The translations under genes were made by a program, and so were the position numbers. Below are positions 28,804-43,530 of a stretch of DNA of 64,000 bases, piece after piece. The notes under the pieces are model-generated. The model saw nothing but the letters and a program-made list of their open reading frames with translations, did no database searches and was not told where the DNA came from. Origin of the DNA: Eledone cirrhosa (taxonomy: Eukaryota); contig OZ024746.1 of NCBI GenBank assembly GCA_964016885.1, positions 37,944,001 to 38,008,000 of the forward strand, given 5' to 3'. Numbering within the stretch: position 1 is the first letter of the stretch; each line of letters begins with the position of its first letter.

Positions 28804-30051
28804 ATAAATACAATATTGGAGAAAGCTTTTTAGCGACACTCCGGCCAAATTCCAACTCACTCAACAAACATTAGGAAATAAGTGATTATATTCCCAATTA
28901 TACGTTCGGGGTGCTAACTAAAAGTATTGCGTGGAAAATTGGCTGTATTATTTCATATGAGACACATCTAATATATCTCTTCCCAGACGGACGTCTCGTT
29001 TCATTATAGGATTCCTACAATTTGGCTGAAATTATACCAATTTATGTAGGAGCTTGTATACCATCAATAGATATATATTCAAGTGGGCTCCTATAATTCA
29101 TCAGTGGGTGCCCCAATTATACTAATATTGATAATCTAACCAACATCAGTATTTAGCGATAATCATCATCCTCTGTGCCTGAGGTATCTGTCAGGTTGCC
29201 AGTCCAGCACTTTTAAAGAAGTGGTCAAACTGATTTAAAAAATGAGGAAGAAATTACCGCCAAAAAAACAATACATGCGCATGACAATGAATTCTGAATG
29301 GAATTCAGGCCACGGGCTAAGAACTCAATTGGAAATTGAAAAAATATCTATGTGTGTACAACATTTGATGACACACACAGATATTTTCTCGGGCAAAATA
29401 ACAGAATGAGATATAAGGAACAATACATATTCGTATGTAAAAAATAAACAAAGAAATACTGACCTAATACCCGGAATTTTTTCGAATCTGTTTCTCCAAG
29501 AGTAAATAAATAAATACAATATCGGAGAAAGCTTTTTAACGAAACTCCTGCCAAATTCCAACTCACTCAACAAACATTAGGAAATAAGTGATTATATTCC
29601 CAATTATACGTTCGGGGTGCTAACTAAAAGTATTGCGTGGAAAATTGGCTGTATTATTTCATATGAGACATATCTAATATATCTCTTCCCAGACGGACGT
29701 CTCGTTTCATTATAGGATTCCTACAATTTGGGTGAAATTATACCAATTTGTGTAGGAACTTGTATACCATCAATAGATATATATTCAAGTGGGCTCCTAT
29801 AATTCATCAGCGGGTGCCCCAATAATACTAATATTGATAGTCTAACCAACATCAGTATTTAGCGATAATCATCATCCTCTGTGCCTGAGGTATCTGTCAG
29901 CTTGCCAGTCCAGCTGTTTTAAAGAAGTGGTCAAACTGATTCAAAAAATGAGGAAGTAAATTACCACCAAAAAAACAATACATGCGCATGACAATGAATT
30001 CTGAAAGGAATGCAGGCCACGTGCTAAGAACTCAATTGGAAATTGAAAACA

Positions 30052-30062
<11 letters not shown>
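28804..30062. repeat. Direct tandem duplication, ~706-bp period (~1.8 copies)
   Basis: 28804-~29355 repeats at 29510-30062. A diverged copy of the start lies at 32788-32940. Confidence 0.9.
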
Positions 30063-30100
<38 letters not shown>

Positions 30101-30362
30101 GGAAAAAATGAAACGAAATTTCATTTCCCACTCTTAGTACGGCTGTTACTTAAATATAAGTATGTACACGTACATACATATATGTATACAGACGCACAAT
30201 AGTATGTATATATATATACATACATGCACACATATATATATGTACGTATAGATTCACCGAACATTTATTATAATGCTCTGTGTGTTTGTAAACAAACATC
30301 CCGTATTAAGCCGTAGTGTCCAGCAATCATCGTTGCTCGTTTGTTCAACACTGACAAAGGAA

Positions 30363-30403
30363 CGCTGTACTAGTTTCAAGCTTATTAGCTATCGTCAGCA
30401 ACG
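30363..30403 (-). ncRNA. Minimal type I hammerhead ribozyme
   Basis: CGTTG-CTGACGA-T-AGC taataa GCT-T-GAAA-CTAG-TA-CAGCG. Confidence 0.8.
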
Positions 30404-30793
30404 TATACCTTTCTGCCAGATTGTTGAACGTATATACTTACCTTATGCATATTAACAGCTGAGAAGCCCAATTTCCATATCGAGTGGGTTAATCGGCCGA
30501 GTGCACCGAAAACGATAAACGGAAAAAATGAAACAAAATTGCATTTCCCACTCTTAGTAAGGCTGTTACCTAAATATAAGTATGTACACGTACATACATA
30601 TATGTATACAGACGCACAGTAGTATATATACATATATACAAACATGCACACATATATATATATATATATATGTACGTATGGATTCACCGAACATTTATTA
30701 TAATGCTCGGTGTGTTTGTAACAAATATCCCGAATTAAGCCGTACAGTGTCTAGCAAACATCGTTGCTCATTTGTTCAACACTGACAAAGGAA

Positions 30794-30834
30794 CGCTGTA
30801 CTAGTTTCAAGCTTATTAGTTATCGTCAGCAACG
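30794..30834 (-). ncRNA. Minimal type I hammerhead ribozyme (one stem II mismatch)
   Basis: As 30363-30403, with AAC in place of AGC. Confidence 0.7.
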
Positions 30835-31069
30835 TATACCTTTCTGCCAGATTGTTGAACGTATATACTTACCATATGCATATTAACAGCTGAGAAGTAT
30901 TTAAGTAACAGCCGTACTAAGAGTGGGAAATGAAATTTCGTTTTTTTTTTCCCTTTATCGTTTTCGGTGCACATGGCCGATTAACCCACTCGATATGCAA
31001 ATTGGGCTTCTCAGCTGTTAATATGCATAAGGTAAGTATATACGTTCAACAATCTGGCAGGAAGGTATA

Positions 31070-31110
31070 CGTTGCTGACGATAGCTAATAAGCTTGAAAC
31101 TAGTACAGCG
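31070..31110 (+). ncRNA. Minimal type I hammerhead ribozyme
   Basis: CGTTGCTGACGATAGCTAATAAGCTTGAAACTAGTACAGCG. Confidence 0.8.
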
Positions 31111-31278
31111 TTCCTTTGTCAGTGTTGAACAAACGAGCAACGATGGTTGCTGGACACTACGGCTTAATACGGGATGTTTGTTTACAAACACACCGAGCAT
31201 TATAATAAATGTTCGGTGAATCCATACGTACATATATATATGTATGTATATATATATATATGTATGTACGTGTACATA

Positions 31279-31450
<172 letters not shown>

Positions 31451-31746
31451 TATATACATATATATATATACATATATATATGTATGGATGTATGTATATA
31501 TAATATATATGTTTGTGCGTGTGTATGTGTGTGTGAGTGCGAGTATGTTGTACCTGAGGCAGTTAATTACTGGTGGGGGGTATCAAAATAAGCATTCTAT
31601 GCACACATAGAGTGTCAATCTCCTGCGAAACGGGCGTAACAGCTCGATATACTATAAACATCTAAATACCCGTAAATGAAACTTGGTTGTTCTTTCTAAT
31701 AAATTTATATATCTTTCGATGTACGCCGCACAGATATACACAAACA

Positions 31747-31912
<166 letters not shown>

Positions 31913-32067
31913 CAATCAGTAAACACTAATAAGAAAGTAACGACAGAGTGAAATGAAGAAATATATTAGTGTAGCTCTTGATATACTAGGAAAGGACCTT
32001 AACGTTTCGGACACTGATAAATATAAATTGAAAAATAAAAGATGAAATAAAAAGATAGAAAATGTGA

Positions 32068-32724
<657 letters not shown>

Positions 32725-32945
32725 CAAAGAAAGTGTGGTAAGATACCAGGTGGATCATAACTATCGAGTGTATATATATATATATACATAAATACATAAA
32801 CGGAGAAAGCTATTGGCGATACGACGACCAAATTTCAACTCACTCAACAAACATTAGGAAATACTGGAGTATATTCCCAGTTAAACCTTTGGGGTGCTAA
32901 CTATATTGTATTGTGTGGATAATTGGCTGTATTATTTTATATGTA

Positions 32946-33135
32946 GGGCGGTGAATTGGCAGTATCGGTAGAGGGTCGGACGCCATGCTTTGCAGCATAG
33001 TTACGTCCCTTTACGGATGAGTTCAAATCCCGCCGAGGTTAACTTTGCCTTTCATCCTTACGGGGTCGATAAAATAAAGTACCAGTAATGCACTGGGTAA
33101 TTGCTGGCCTTGTGCCTAAAGTAGAAACAATTATT
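32946..33135 (+). mobile_element. SINE family B (Nin/Deu-domain-like)
   Basis: TGGCAGTATCGG A-box-like, GTTCAAATCC B box, core GCCTTTCATCCTT.CGGGGTCGATAAAATAAAGTACCAG. Confidence 0.85.
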
Positions 33136-33217
<82 letters not shown>

Positions 33218-33218
33218 C

Positions 33219-33257
<39 letters not shown>

Positions 33258-33462
33258 TCATTGCTAATTTAGACAAAAAGATGTCCCTATTTATGGAGAA
33301 GGATGAGGCTGAAGAATCAATCCCTAGACTTGAATGGTATACTATTTTACCACCGCGGAATGATGAAACGTAAATTTGATCGCAGTGACAATTGAACTAG
33401 AAAAGAAAAGACCCGAATTAAATGCTTAGAAATTTGAACGACACTCACACACACTCTCTCAC

Positions 33463-33551
<89 letters not shown>

Positions 33552-33563
33552 GTATATATATAT

Positions 33564-33842
33564 ATTTGTGGAGGGTCATATTGTTGTAATAATATTGCCA
33601 GAAATAATAACAGAACACACTCACTGTTTGGTTGGTTTTCGCTTCTGTATCTTTTATATCTCCACAGTTAATTCATTTGGGACCTCAATGTTTATCATTC
33701 ACTGACCGACGGTAAAAAATACAGATATACACACATATATATAGTCTAACAAAGTTCCTTCGTTGCACATCTGCAACATAATCAGTGGTACCCTTATGTT
33801 ACTCCTGTTGTATTGTATGTCTACGCCATTTTTATTTCATCT
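33564..33842 (-). mobile_element. Non-coding pLTR-like element with degenerate HHR (33749-33788)
   Basis: Homologous to 48281-48753 and 57783-58075, and distantly to the 17.3-kb arms. Confidence 0.7.
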
Positions 33843-33847
33843 GTTTA

Positions 33848-33893
<46 letters not shown>

Positions 33894-33966
33894 TAATTAC
33901 CGAATACGTTTTTAAATTAAAGATTGATGTACGTGTGTGCGCGCACACACATATATATACACACAT

Positions 33967-34014
<48 letters not shown>

Positions 34015-34619
34015 TTGTGTGTGTATGTATATATATATATGTATATGTCTTTAATTTTTCCTTTTTATCTTTTATAATATTTTTATCTTTATTATATTTC
34101 TCTTTACTACTCATTAGCTATTTATTTGGGGAAAAAATTATAGTAATGTGCTAGAGTGTTTTGATGTTATATCTCTCTAGTTGTACAATATATATTACTT
34201 GCATCTCTGTCTATAACATTAGGGCGGCTGTTTAAATGTAAACAAATTCTCCGACTACTAGATGCTGACCGGTTTGGTGGGCCTTATAATGAAACTTGTA
34301 CTTGTAAATAACTGATTTTGATATGTCCCAATAAGGGGACGAAACGTTCGCAAATCAATATTTAATGTAAAAACTTATTTGATAATTACTTTAATGAATA
34401 ATTTACTTCATGCGTAGTTATTATTTTTACCACAATAGTTATTATTTTTGTCATGCTTGTTCTAGCTTTTAGTAGGGTTTATTATAATACATTACTTTAT
34501 TTTGAGCTGTTTTAACTTCTCCACCTACCTCCTTACAATTGTTTTATATTGCTTTTGTAAAAAAACGATATTTGTTTTCATATGTATATATATGTATATG
34601 TGTGTGAGTGGGTGTGTGC

Positions 34620-36770
34620 CATATTGAAAACACCACATTACAACGATAACATTTTTCTCCCTACACATACAAATACGTTTCTAAATCTTTCGCCACACAC
34701 ATTCGCCCCGGATCGAATTACACTTTTGCATCTCGGCACAAACTTTCACCTCAATCCAAGATGTGAGGACAAATACAAAATAAATGAATTACTTTATCAG
34801 TCCCTTGTGACACACGGCGATAGAATTATAATAAAGATTGATGACAAACTGAAATATGTTTTCAAGTGTGAAGGCAACAAACAACGATAACAACGGTGTG
34901 GCAGAAACATTACTATACTCAACAACAAACATGAATTTTTTTTTTAAGAAAAAAAAATCACTTATTCAATTGTAATTCCTAAATGTGACAAGAAGAGTTA
35001 GCTCGTTATCATTGACAAACAGGAATAGAGCACAACCATAAACAATATGTCCAAAGATAATAGGAATTCTACTGCAGTTAACGCACACTGAGATTGCATC
35101 CACTTCCTAAACATTGAAGAGATATTCAACCCTGCATAAATCTACGACACCAACCTTTACAACAGTGTCCGCTTAATAATTTCCCAAATCAACACAGATA
35201 TATATAAATTGATTGAAGGCCTGCCAGATTCTCTCAAAATTAGACCATCAAACATATTCTCTGAAATCCTAGGTGAAACTAACAAAGTTGGCCACATCTA
35301 TCCCATGGATTTCGAAAGTATTTTTCCTAACATATCAATGATTGAAATAATTAATATAATCCTTCTCATCGAAAGTACAAACCCCAATAATATAACGTCC
35401 ATGATATCCGGAAATACTACGAAAAACTTGGTATGTAAAAACTATACACCTATTGTTCTTTACAGTAAAACGAAAGGTGTGGTTATGAGATTTCAATTGG
35501 GCCCAGATGAGTGACATTCTTCATATTTAAGTTGGGGAACATAGTTGTGCATAAACACGCCCTAACTATCTACATCCAAAATATTCTTCTTTTATTTATT
35601 GCTCTTGCTCGAAGCACCCAATATATCGATGATATATTTATTGTGACTGAAACAAGACGATGATCGTAATAATGATGTTGGTAAACATTCCTTATTACAA
35701 TTTGAAGTCCTTAACTGCACCAACACAAACTCAGTCCCTCCATCGAAATAAACGTCCAATTACGAATTTCTTTACACTAAAGAAACAAGAGCCTATACAT
35801 GCACGCAGATAGCCAAATCCCCCACTGATACGAAATATCAATGTTTAAAATTTTATTTGACCATGTCTCAAATGTACCTCCACTAAGAATGATTTCAGTA
35901 AGGAATTCACGCGTGAAAAATAGCATTAGATACCAACACACTTTATGAACATGCACGAAAAAAATATAGAAAACTTTTTTTACGTATACTGTAAGAACAA
36001 TATACCCACTTGTTTTGGTATTGATTGCAACACCATTAACAAATTCATAGCACAAAACAATATACATCGATCCTAACGACAAGACTATAGTTAGATTATG
36101 CTATAAAAATATCACAATAAAACCCGCTTCATTAACACGAAACCACAGAACGTACTGAAAATGACCAACATGATATGATAATTTCAATGCAAAGGAGCTC
36201 ATGGCCATAATGTTTACATCAGTTACCCAAGCACTACACCTTCCCGTTGGTTAATCATGCAGTTGCAACATTGTTCCATTGTTACACATTTCAATGGACT
36301 GCATGCAAAAAAAACATAAATTGGGCAAAATTAGTCGATAAAATTACAATTCTAAAAAGAATTCCTCACAAGTCAAAACGAATAACAATGAAAATACTAA
36401 TATCAAAATAAAAACCAAACATTAACTCGCAGATAAAGCATATGTGAAACGTGTTATAGAAATTGCCATGTTTCAAACGTTGAGACATTTAACATCAAGC
36501 TTCCATTATCACCTACCAAGCCTATGATACTCTAGTACCTCTGCTAAAACCCTTGACAATACACTACTAGTATAACAATTCAGATTCCCACGGTGGAGCC
36601 TGAAGGCTTCGAAACGTTAACACGCACATTGGTGTAGTAAACCTCTTGTTCGAAAATAAGCTTATACAACAAATAAGAACATACACAAATCCTAATAAAC
36701 CTTTTGCATAATCCTGTCTCTTATACAACATGCTTAAAGGAAAACTGTTCATTACTGATAGATTATATAT
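34620..36770 (+). mobile_element. Decayed Penelope-like element
   Basis: Remnants IPKCDK..LVIIDK (~34975), TKGVVM..QLGP (~35470), QYIDDIF (~35620), GIY-YIG-like YISY..TT.SR (~36215). Stem-loop+GAAACG HHR 3' half near 36595-36620. Confidence 0.7.
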
Positions 36771-39429
36771 ATATAATATATATGTGTGTATGTGTACGTA
36801 TGTGTGTGTGAGTGTGTGTGTGTGTGCGTGTGTGTGATTGTATGGGGGTTTCTTTATACGGTCTCCATCAAACCTATAATCGATCTAACGTACGATAAGC
36901 CTTGTCCATTCTTTCTCTACTTTTCAGTCATACACTATGTAAACCTGCATTATGCAATACGTCTTTTAATCAATAGTTATGTTCTAGTTATATCTGGCAG
37001 GTAGACGGAACATGCACAGGCTCGCATTAGCTCGGCTCTGACGGCAATATTCAACTCAAGCCTATAGTACAATAAATGTCTCATAAAATCTGAAGACATC
37101 CAGATAATAGTTAATTGCATTAAAGTTAACCAGATTTAAGCAGCGTGGCTTTATCTGCTAGACAATGCCGTTGAAAGGATTCTAACGTCCAAACATCTAT
37201 TTCATTTACAGAGATAGGTTTTAAAATGTTTAAAAAAACAAAATATTGGACTGAAAATAAATAACTTCCACATTAAACGATAATTATAGTTTAATGTGGA
37301 ATTTATTTATTTTCAGTCCAATATTTTGTTTTTCAGCCAAATATTTATTAATTATAATTAATAAATGCAAACAATTATTTTCTAGGTTATTTTTGTTTTC
37401 TGTTCCTGCGTTATTACTATTTCTTTTATTTATTCGTTATTTATATTTTGGAAAGTGTTATCAATATTTCTTTCATAAGACATAAAAGCTGCAACGTATA
37501 AAATCAGAATGATATTTACGACAACTTATCTTACCTGAGTATATTCAGATCGCTAAAAGGAAGATTAAACGCAGAAATTTATTCTATAAAATCTTAGGAA
37601 AATCAATGTACACCCTGGTGTGAAAACTTCTAAAGAAATATTATTGAGTTTTTTCTTTGTTTTAGTTCTTCCTCAGAATAAAAATTAGTTTCGATATAAA
37701 AAGGCATTGACATATATACTTTAGTTTATGTTTTTAATTCAACATTACATCATAGCCTTTTCCATTACCACTGTGCAATAAATTACATTTTATTATTAAA
37801 CTTGCATCTTATAATGAGAATATCTTATATAAGCGCTATCTAACAAATGTGTGTCTTGTGTACTGTCGGATTTTTTTTTATTTCATTTTCTCAACTTCGA
37901 ATTGATGAAAGAAAACGAGGATCTGCGCAGGTATTAGAAGTCAGAATTAAATACTTCAGTATAATTTTCCCACTTTTCATTCGATTCTGATAATCCGACG
38001 AACAGAATAATTGCCGATTAATTTTCGGTTTTACTTTGTAGCTACACTACCTCAATTGGATATCTAATTACTTGTGTGTCAGTCACGATTATCGCATTAA
38101 ATCTGATTATTTAAGATTTTTCTGATGTTTGGACACTTGTTTTGTTTATAACAAAGGCGAAGAAGATTTATTGTTTGCACAGTGTATCGGGCTGTCTAAT
38201 TACCACCTGCCGAAAACTATATGGGCGAATACCACCAGATTATTGCTCTGTATTTATGACCAAATCAGATAAATCACAATTGTTAAACCTATTTATTCTA
38301 CCTGTTAACACTTGAGAATCCTTTCTGATATAATTTGAATTCAGATAATAGAATAAGGAAAATAAAAGGTAATTACAATGTTGCTGATGGTTAGGTAGTG
38401 AAAGTATGAGAAATGAGCAGTTTGCTCTCCGAATCCGACAGCGCGTATGGAATGGAACTAAGGCATTTCCCTCAAGTTAAAAATGCTGTATATACTTAAA
38501 ACAATTCCCGTCACTAAACAGCTGCATCATTTTTAATTTTTGCATTTATTAAGTCCAAATCCTATCGTCAGTCTGGAAATCAGTTCTCGTATCTAACTAA
38601 ACATTACAACAACACGAACTCGTAGCTCGCCTTACACTTCCGTCTGGATTATTATTCTAATAACAGGTTGTATTCGATGTGTTAACACATACACAATTAT
38701 ATAATTGTCGGTAGACAACAAGCACATATGTTATAAATATTAGAAAATTATACGGAAAGCCTATTCGAGTAAATCGTTTCTATCTATTTCGGGGTACGAA
38801 TAAATTCACTAACGTTCTAACAATTCTGCCAATCTACCGCATTTAATAAACGTAAACATAACAAAATAGTAGTATTAAAACTAGATACTAGAGAGAAGTT
38901 TTAATTCTCAGAAATACGCTAACAACGCTATATACAAGACGACAATCTATGAACATCAAAACATGACTTCGGGGAATTCTTTCTATGATTTATTATTTCG
39001 TTGCTAGCTAACCTAAAATTAAATTGCCTACAGATCCAACGTTAATACAGTATGTTAGAAATATTTCACTCGGTGCAGTTACTTTTGGTGCCGATGGATG
39101 TTATATGCATTTCAAATTTTTATTTTTAGTCTTCGCTTTTTACCAGCAGATAAATGCGTCTCCCCAGAACATATAAATCTATGAAATTCGTTAAATATTC
39201 CAATCTGAAAGAGATAACTTCTACATCGTGGAAATGCTTATCTATCACATGTCCCCTTCATTTGGCAATGTTATAATAAATCTGATGCAAATATAGTATA
39301 ATGTTTCCAATATAATTATGTGATTAAGAGTACCCAAGGTTTTGCTAGTTCTATACCAATATATTTCACACACACACAGACACCCACACACACACGCACG
39401 CCCGCGCGCATTCTCAAACTAATCGTATA

Positions 39430-39830
39430 TATGTATATATATGTATAACTGTCACTTCTTTCAAGAAGTGGGCCTTCACTTCAACGTTGTGGTGAATGTT
39501 CATGTGTCCACGAATGACTCCACAACTCTGCCTCGCTCTTCCTTTTACAGATGTGACGAACGTAACTTCCAGCAACACTCTAATGTGCCTCTTGAACCTA
39601 GCAACAGACCTACAATATTTGTTGCAAGACGGACAATAAAACACCGCAGATCTTTCATGGAGGACACAAAAATAATTGGCTCCAAATTGTTGATTGCTTT
39701 ATGCCCTCTAATGACTAGTCAGACCAGAGCGAAAACGATCAACCTACTCACAGTTGTTACAAGCAAGCTGCAACCGGATATACTCCGGGACTGATGCAAC
39801 ATCAGCTTTCCTGTATGCTCATATAAACTT
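39430..39830 (-). mobile_element. RTE 3' fragment with C2H2 fingers
   Basis: CPSCNKYCRSVARFKRHIR plus a second decayed finger. Ends in a TATACA-type tail. Confidence 0.6.
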
Positions 39831-40299
39831 TGAATATTCAATTAGTGCATTCCCCAGAAAGTAGGTCCAAGATTACCTGCTTCTCCTCATTTTTATGAGC
39901 AACAACGTCTGCAGAGCCAACATAGTGCAAATCTCTGATAACAGCCCGAGAATTTGTAAGTGCACACACATCATTCACGACATGCTGATCGACACATACA
40001 ATAATATCAATACCAGAACACACACAGATTCACAAAGACACACAAACACACAGACACACACATACACGCACGCACCCAAACTCACACATACATACATACA
40101 TATTTTACAATAGCAGCGTCTCATGTTTATGTTAGAAACTGGCTTTCTTTTTCTACTGGGGAAAGTTTTTTTTAAATAACAAAACCAGAAGAAAATGCAT
40201 ATACATATACATGCATATTTACATACACACATACATACCTACATACATTTATACATACATAGATACATACATACATGAACACATACGTACATACATGCA

Positions 40300-40615
40300 T
40301 ACATACATACATACATGATGGCTGCCCCCTCGTTATCGAGTATGGCCATTGCACGAGAAAAAATAAAAATAATAATAATAATAATAGTAATTGTTTCTAC
40401 TTTTGGCACAAGGCCATCAATTACTCAGTACGTTACTGGTACTTTATTTTATCGACCCCGTAAGGATGAAAGGCAAAGTCAACCTCGGCGGGATTAATAA
40501 TAATAATAAATAAATAAAAAAGAAAAAAAAAGAAATGTATATATATATATATACACATACATATACATATATAGACATATATATATATATACATACACAC
40601 ATATACATTAATAAC

Positions 40616-40647
<32 letters not shown>

Positions 40648-41663
40648 CAATAATAATAACAACAACAACAACAATAATAATATACATAGACATATATATA
40701 TACACACACACGCACACACATAAACATATCTATACACACACACACACGATAGCAACTAACAGCGCTGCGATCGAATGTGGCTTTTTAGCCCAGCCAATGA
40801 TCTAAAATGTCTTGCACAGAGTCGGCAACCAAAACATTCACTGGGAATAGCCGGCTGTGGTTGGAGTTCGTGTACTTTTCCATGTTGCTTTTGCCCTCCT
40901 GCTGATTTAAATTCTCTACCACATGCTTGGCAAGCATGATGAGTAGCATCTCCAACAGCAGCCTGGTAGTCAACCACTAGTCTTACTTTCTGACTGCGAA
41001 GATGACTTTCGAGTCCAGCTTTGTTTAGGCAGAGTCTCGCACAGACGCTGCATGTCAGCACCATAGGAGGACCCTCGCCGTCTGGAAGTGCAACGGCAAT
41101 GCCCTACCTCACATCCCGCTTTACTTTCTCGTATGCGATTCGAGATGCCTCAAAGGCAACTTTTCCCTCATATTACGTTCAGCAGCAATATTTTCTCATG
41201 TATCAGCAGAGATGTTAGCATCTTTCAAAGAGGCTTTCAAGGAAACCTTATACCTCTTTTTTTGTTTATGTGGCGGTCGTTTTCCTTTAACCAACTCTCC
41301 ATAAAAGAGTTGTTTTGGTATTCTAGAATCCTTCATCTTGGCAAGGTGACCACTCCAACGGAGTCGTTGCTTAAGCACAAGAGCTTCTATACTGTCACAC
41401 ATAGAGCTTTCCAAAATCTCGAGATCACTGATGTGGTCCCTCCAGTGAATGCCATGGATCCGTCTGAGACACATCTGATGGAAATGCTCCAATTGTTTAA
41501 GGTGGTGTCGATATGTGACCCAGGTCAGGCAGGCATAAAGAAGATAAGAGAGCACACAAGCCTTGTACACCTTTACCGTTGTCCTCCTGCATATGTCTCG
41601 CCGACCCCAGGATCGCCTTTCTAGCTTTCCGAAAGCATCACTTGCTTTCCTACTCCTAATATC
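40300..41663 (-). mobile_element. RTE (BovB-like) LINE 3' fragment with three C-terminal C2H2 fingers; 3'UTR interrupted by a SINE and microsatellites
   Basis: ORF 41196-41681 (VKVYKACVLSYLLYA..TW, RLRWSGHLAKM..SRIPKQLFYGEL). ORF 40756-41064 has three CxxC..H fingers. 3' end GGCAGCCATCAT+(GTAT)n at ~40315-40356. Confidence 0.9.
40386..40494 (-). mobile_element. SINE family B, 5'-truncated
   Basis: Reverse complement of the 33030-33135 core with an (ATT)n tail. Confidence 0.85.
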
Positions 41664-41687
41664 ATACATATACACATACATACATAC

Positions 41688-42291
41688 ATGGTGGCTGCCA
41701 ACTCGTTTTCGAATACGGCCACTACTTTATATCCATGTAGGAGAACCCCTACCGATGCGTTGAACGAGTGTGACTTTTTACTCCAGCCAGCGACTTGAAA
41801 ACTCTGGTACAAACACTACACTTGTGACAATTATTGACACATAGTGCTTTGCTTTTGGTACCATGTGACGACAAGTGCAGAGAGATCTCCAGATATAAAG
41901 CAATGCCTGTGCCATGAAGCTTTTATAGTGAGCAAAGGCACTGCACAAAGCCAGTCCCACTCTCTTAACCAAGATGATATTTACCAAAAAGAAGAACAAG
42001 TCAACATCATTGGATACCATCAGGGTTGCAGGTGTTATATCAGAGTTTTCCTTCTCTTAGAATTCTGCCTTGACAAAGGCTAAGGGGTCCTCTCTCCCAG
42101 TGATTTTGGATGGCCATTGACTCTTAAGAGCTCCTTTGCCCTTTGACAGGTTTTGTTTTTAGTCCTGCAGGATGTCCAAAGTCACCCTCCTCACCAAGAA
42201 ACCTTGGTGGGGTTGCCAGTTTAGTCGCCAACGACCCGACCATGAGACAGGTTGTACTGGGATACATGTTACCAGTAGCACCAAGTGGTGA
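41688..42291 (-). mobile_element. ~600-bp non-autonomous RTE-derived element
   Basis: Reverse complement of 27717-28313. Confidence 0.85.
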
Positions 42292-42440
42292 TATATACAT
42301 ACATATATACATACATATATACATACATATATACATACATATATACATACATACATATATACATACATATATACATACATATATATATCCATACATATAT
42401 ATATACATACATATATATATACATACATATATATATATAC

Positions 42441-43050
42441 ATGGTGGCTGCCAACTCGATTTCGAGTACGGCCACTACTTTATATCCATGTAGGAGAACC
42501 CTTACCGATGCGCTAAACAAGTGTGACTTTTTAGTCTAGCCAGCGACTTGAAAACTCTGGTACAAACACTACACCTGTGACAATTATTGACACATAGTGC
42601 TGGGCCCATGGCACCATGTGACGACAAGTGCAGAGAGATCTCCAGATATAAAGCAATGCCTGTGCCGTGAAGCTTTTATAGTCAGCAAAGGCACTGCACA
42701 AAGCCAGTCCCACTTCTCTTAACCAAGATGATATTTACCAAAAGGAAGAACAAGTCAACATCATTGGATACCATCAGGGTTGCAGGTGTTATATCAGAGT
42801 TGTCCTTCTCCTAGAATTCTGCCTTGACAAAGGCTAAGGGGTCATCTCTCCCGGTGATTTTGGATGGCCATTGACTCTTATGGGCTCCTTTGCCCTTTGA
42901 CAGGTTTTGTTTTTAGTCCTGCAGGATCTCCAAAGTCACCCTCCTCACCAAGAAACCTAGGTGGGGTTGCCAGTTAGTCGCCAATGACCCGACCATCGGA
43001 CAGGTTGTACTGGAATACATGTTACCAGTAGCACCAACTGGTGACCTGAC
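42441..43050 (-). mobile_element. ~610-bp non-autonomous RTE-derived element (longest 5' end)
   Basis: Tandem with the previous unit. Flanked by (TACA)n. Confidence 0.85.
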
Positions 43051-43229
43051 ATACATACATACATACATACATACATACATACATACATAGATACACACTC
43101 GCTGATGCCCAATAATTCCATGCATCACAGAAATGACACATATCAAGCGATGCTGTGCTTAAAGCATTTTTAAGTGAGTAAAGGCTTTGTGCGGGGCTAA
43201 TCACACTCTCTAAACATCAAATGCATTTA

Positions 43230-43530
43230 CCCAAAAAGAAGAACTGGTCTACATCACTGGATGCAAAAGGAGTTGCTGGCTTCATATTAGAGTGACTTAT
43301 CACTAGAGAAATGTCTTAATGAAGACTGTCACTCAAAAAAATAAATAAATATATATATATACTTTATTGGATGGCCGTTGACTCTCCTCGGTTTCTTCCG
43401 CCGTTTCACGGGTTTTGTGTTTCTTCCCGCATGGTGTCCCAAATCACTCTCCACATTAAGCAAGACCATGCACAGGTTGTGCTGGTTTACATGTTACTAG
43501 TAGCGTGGAGGAACGACTTGACATTGACAT
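43230..43530 (-). mobile_element. Older diverged relative of the RTE-derived unit
   Basis: Shares TTGGATGGCC.TTGACTCT and CAGGTTGT.CTGG..TACATGTTAC.AGTAGC. Confidence 0.65.
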
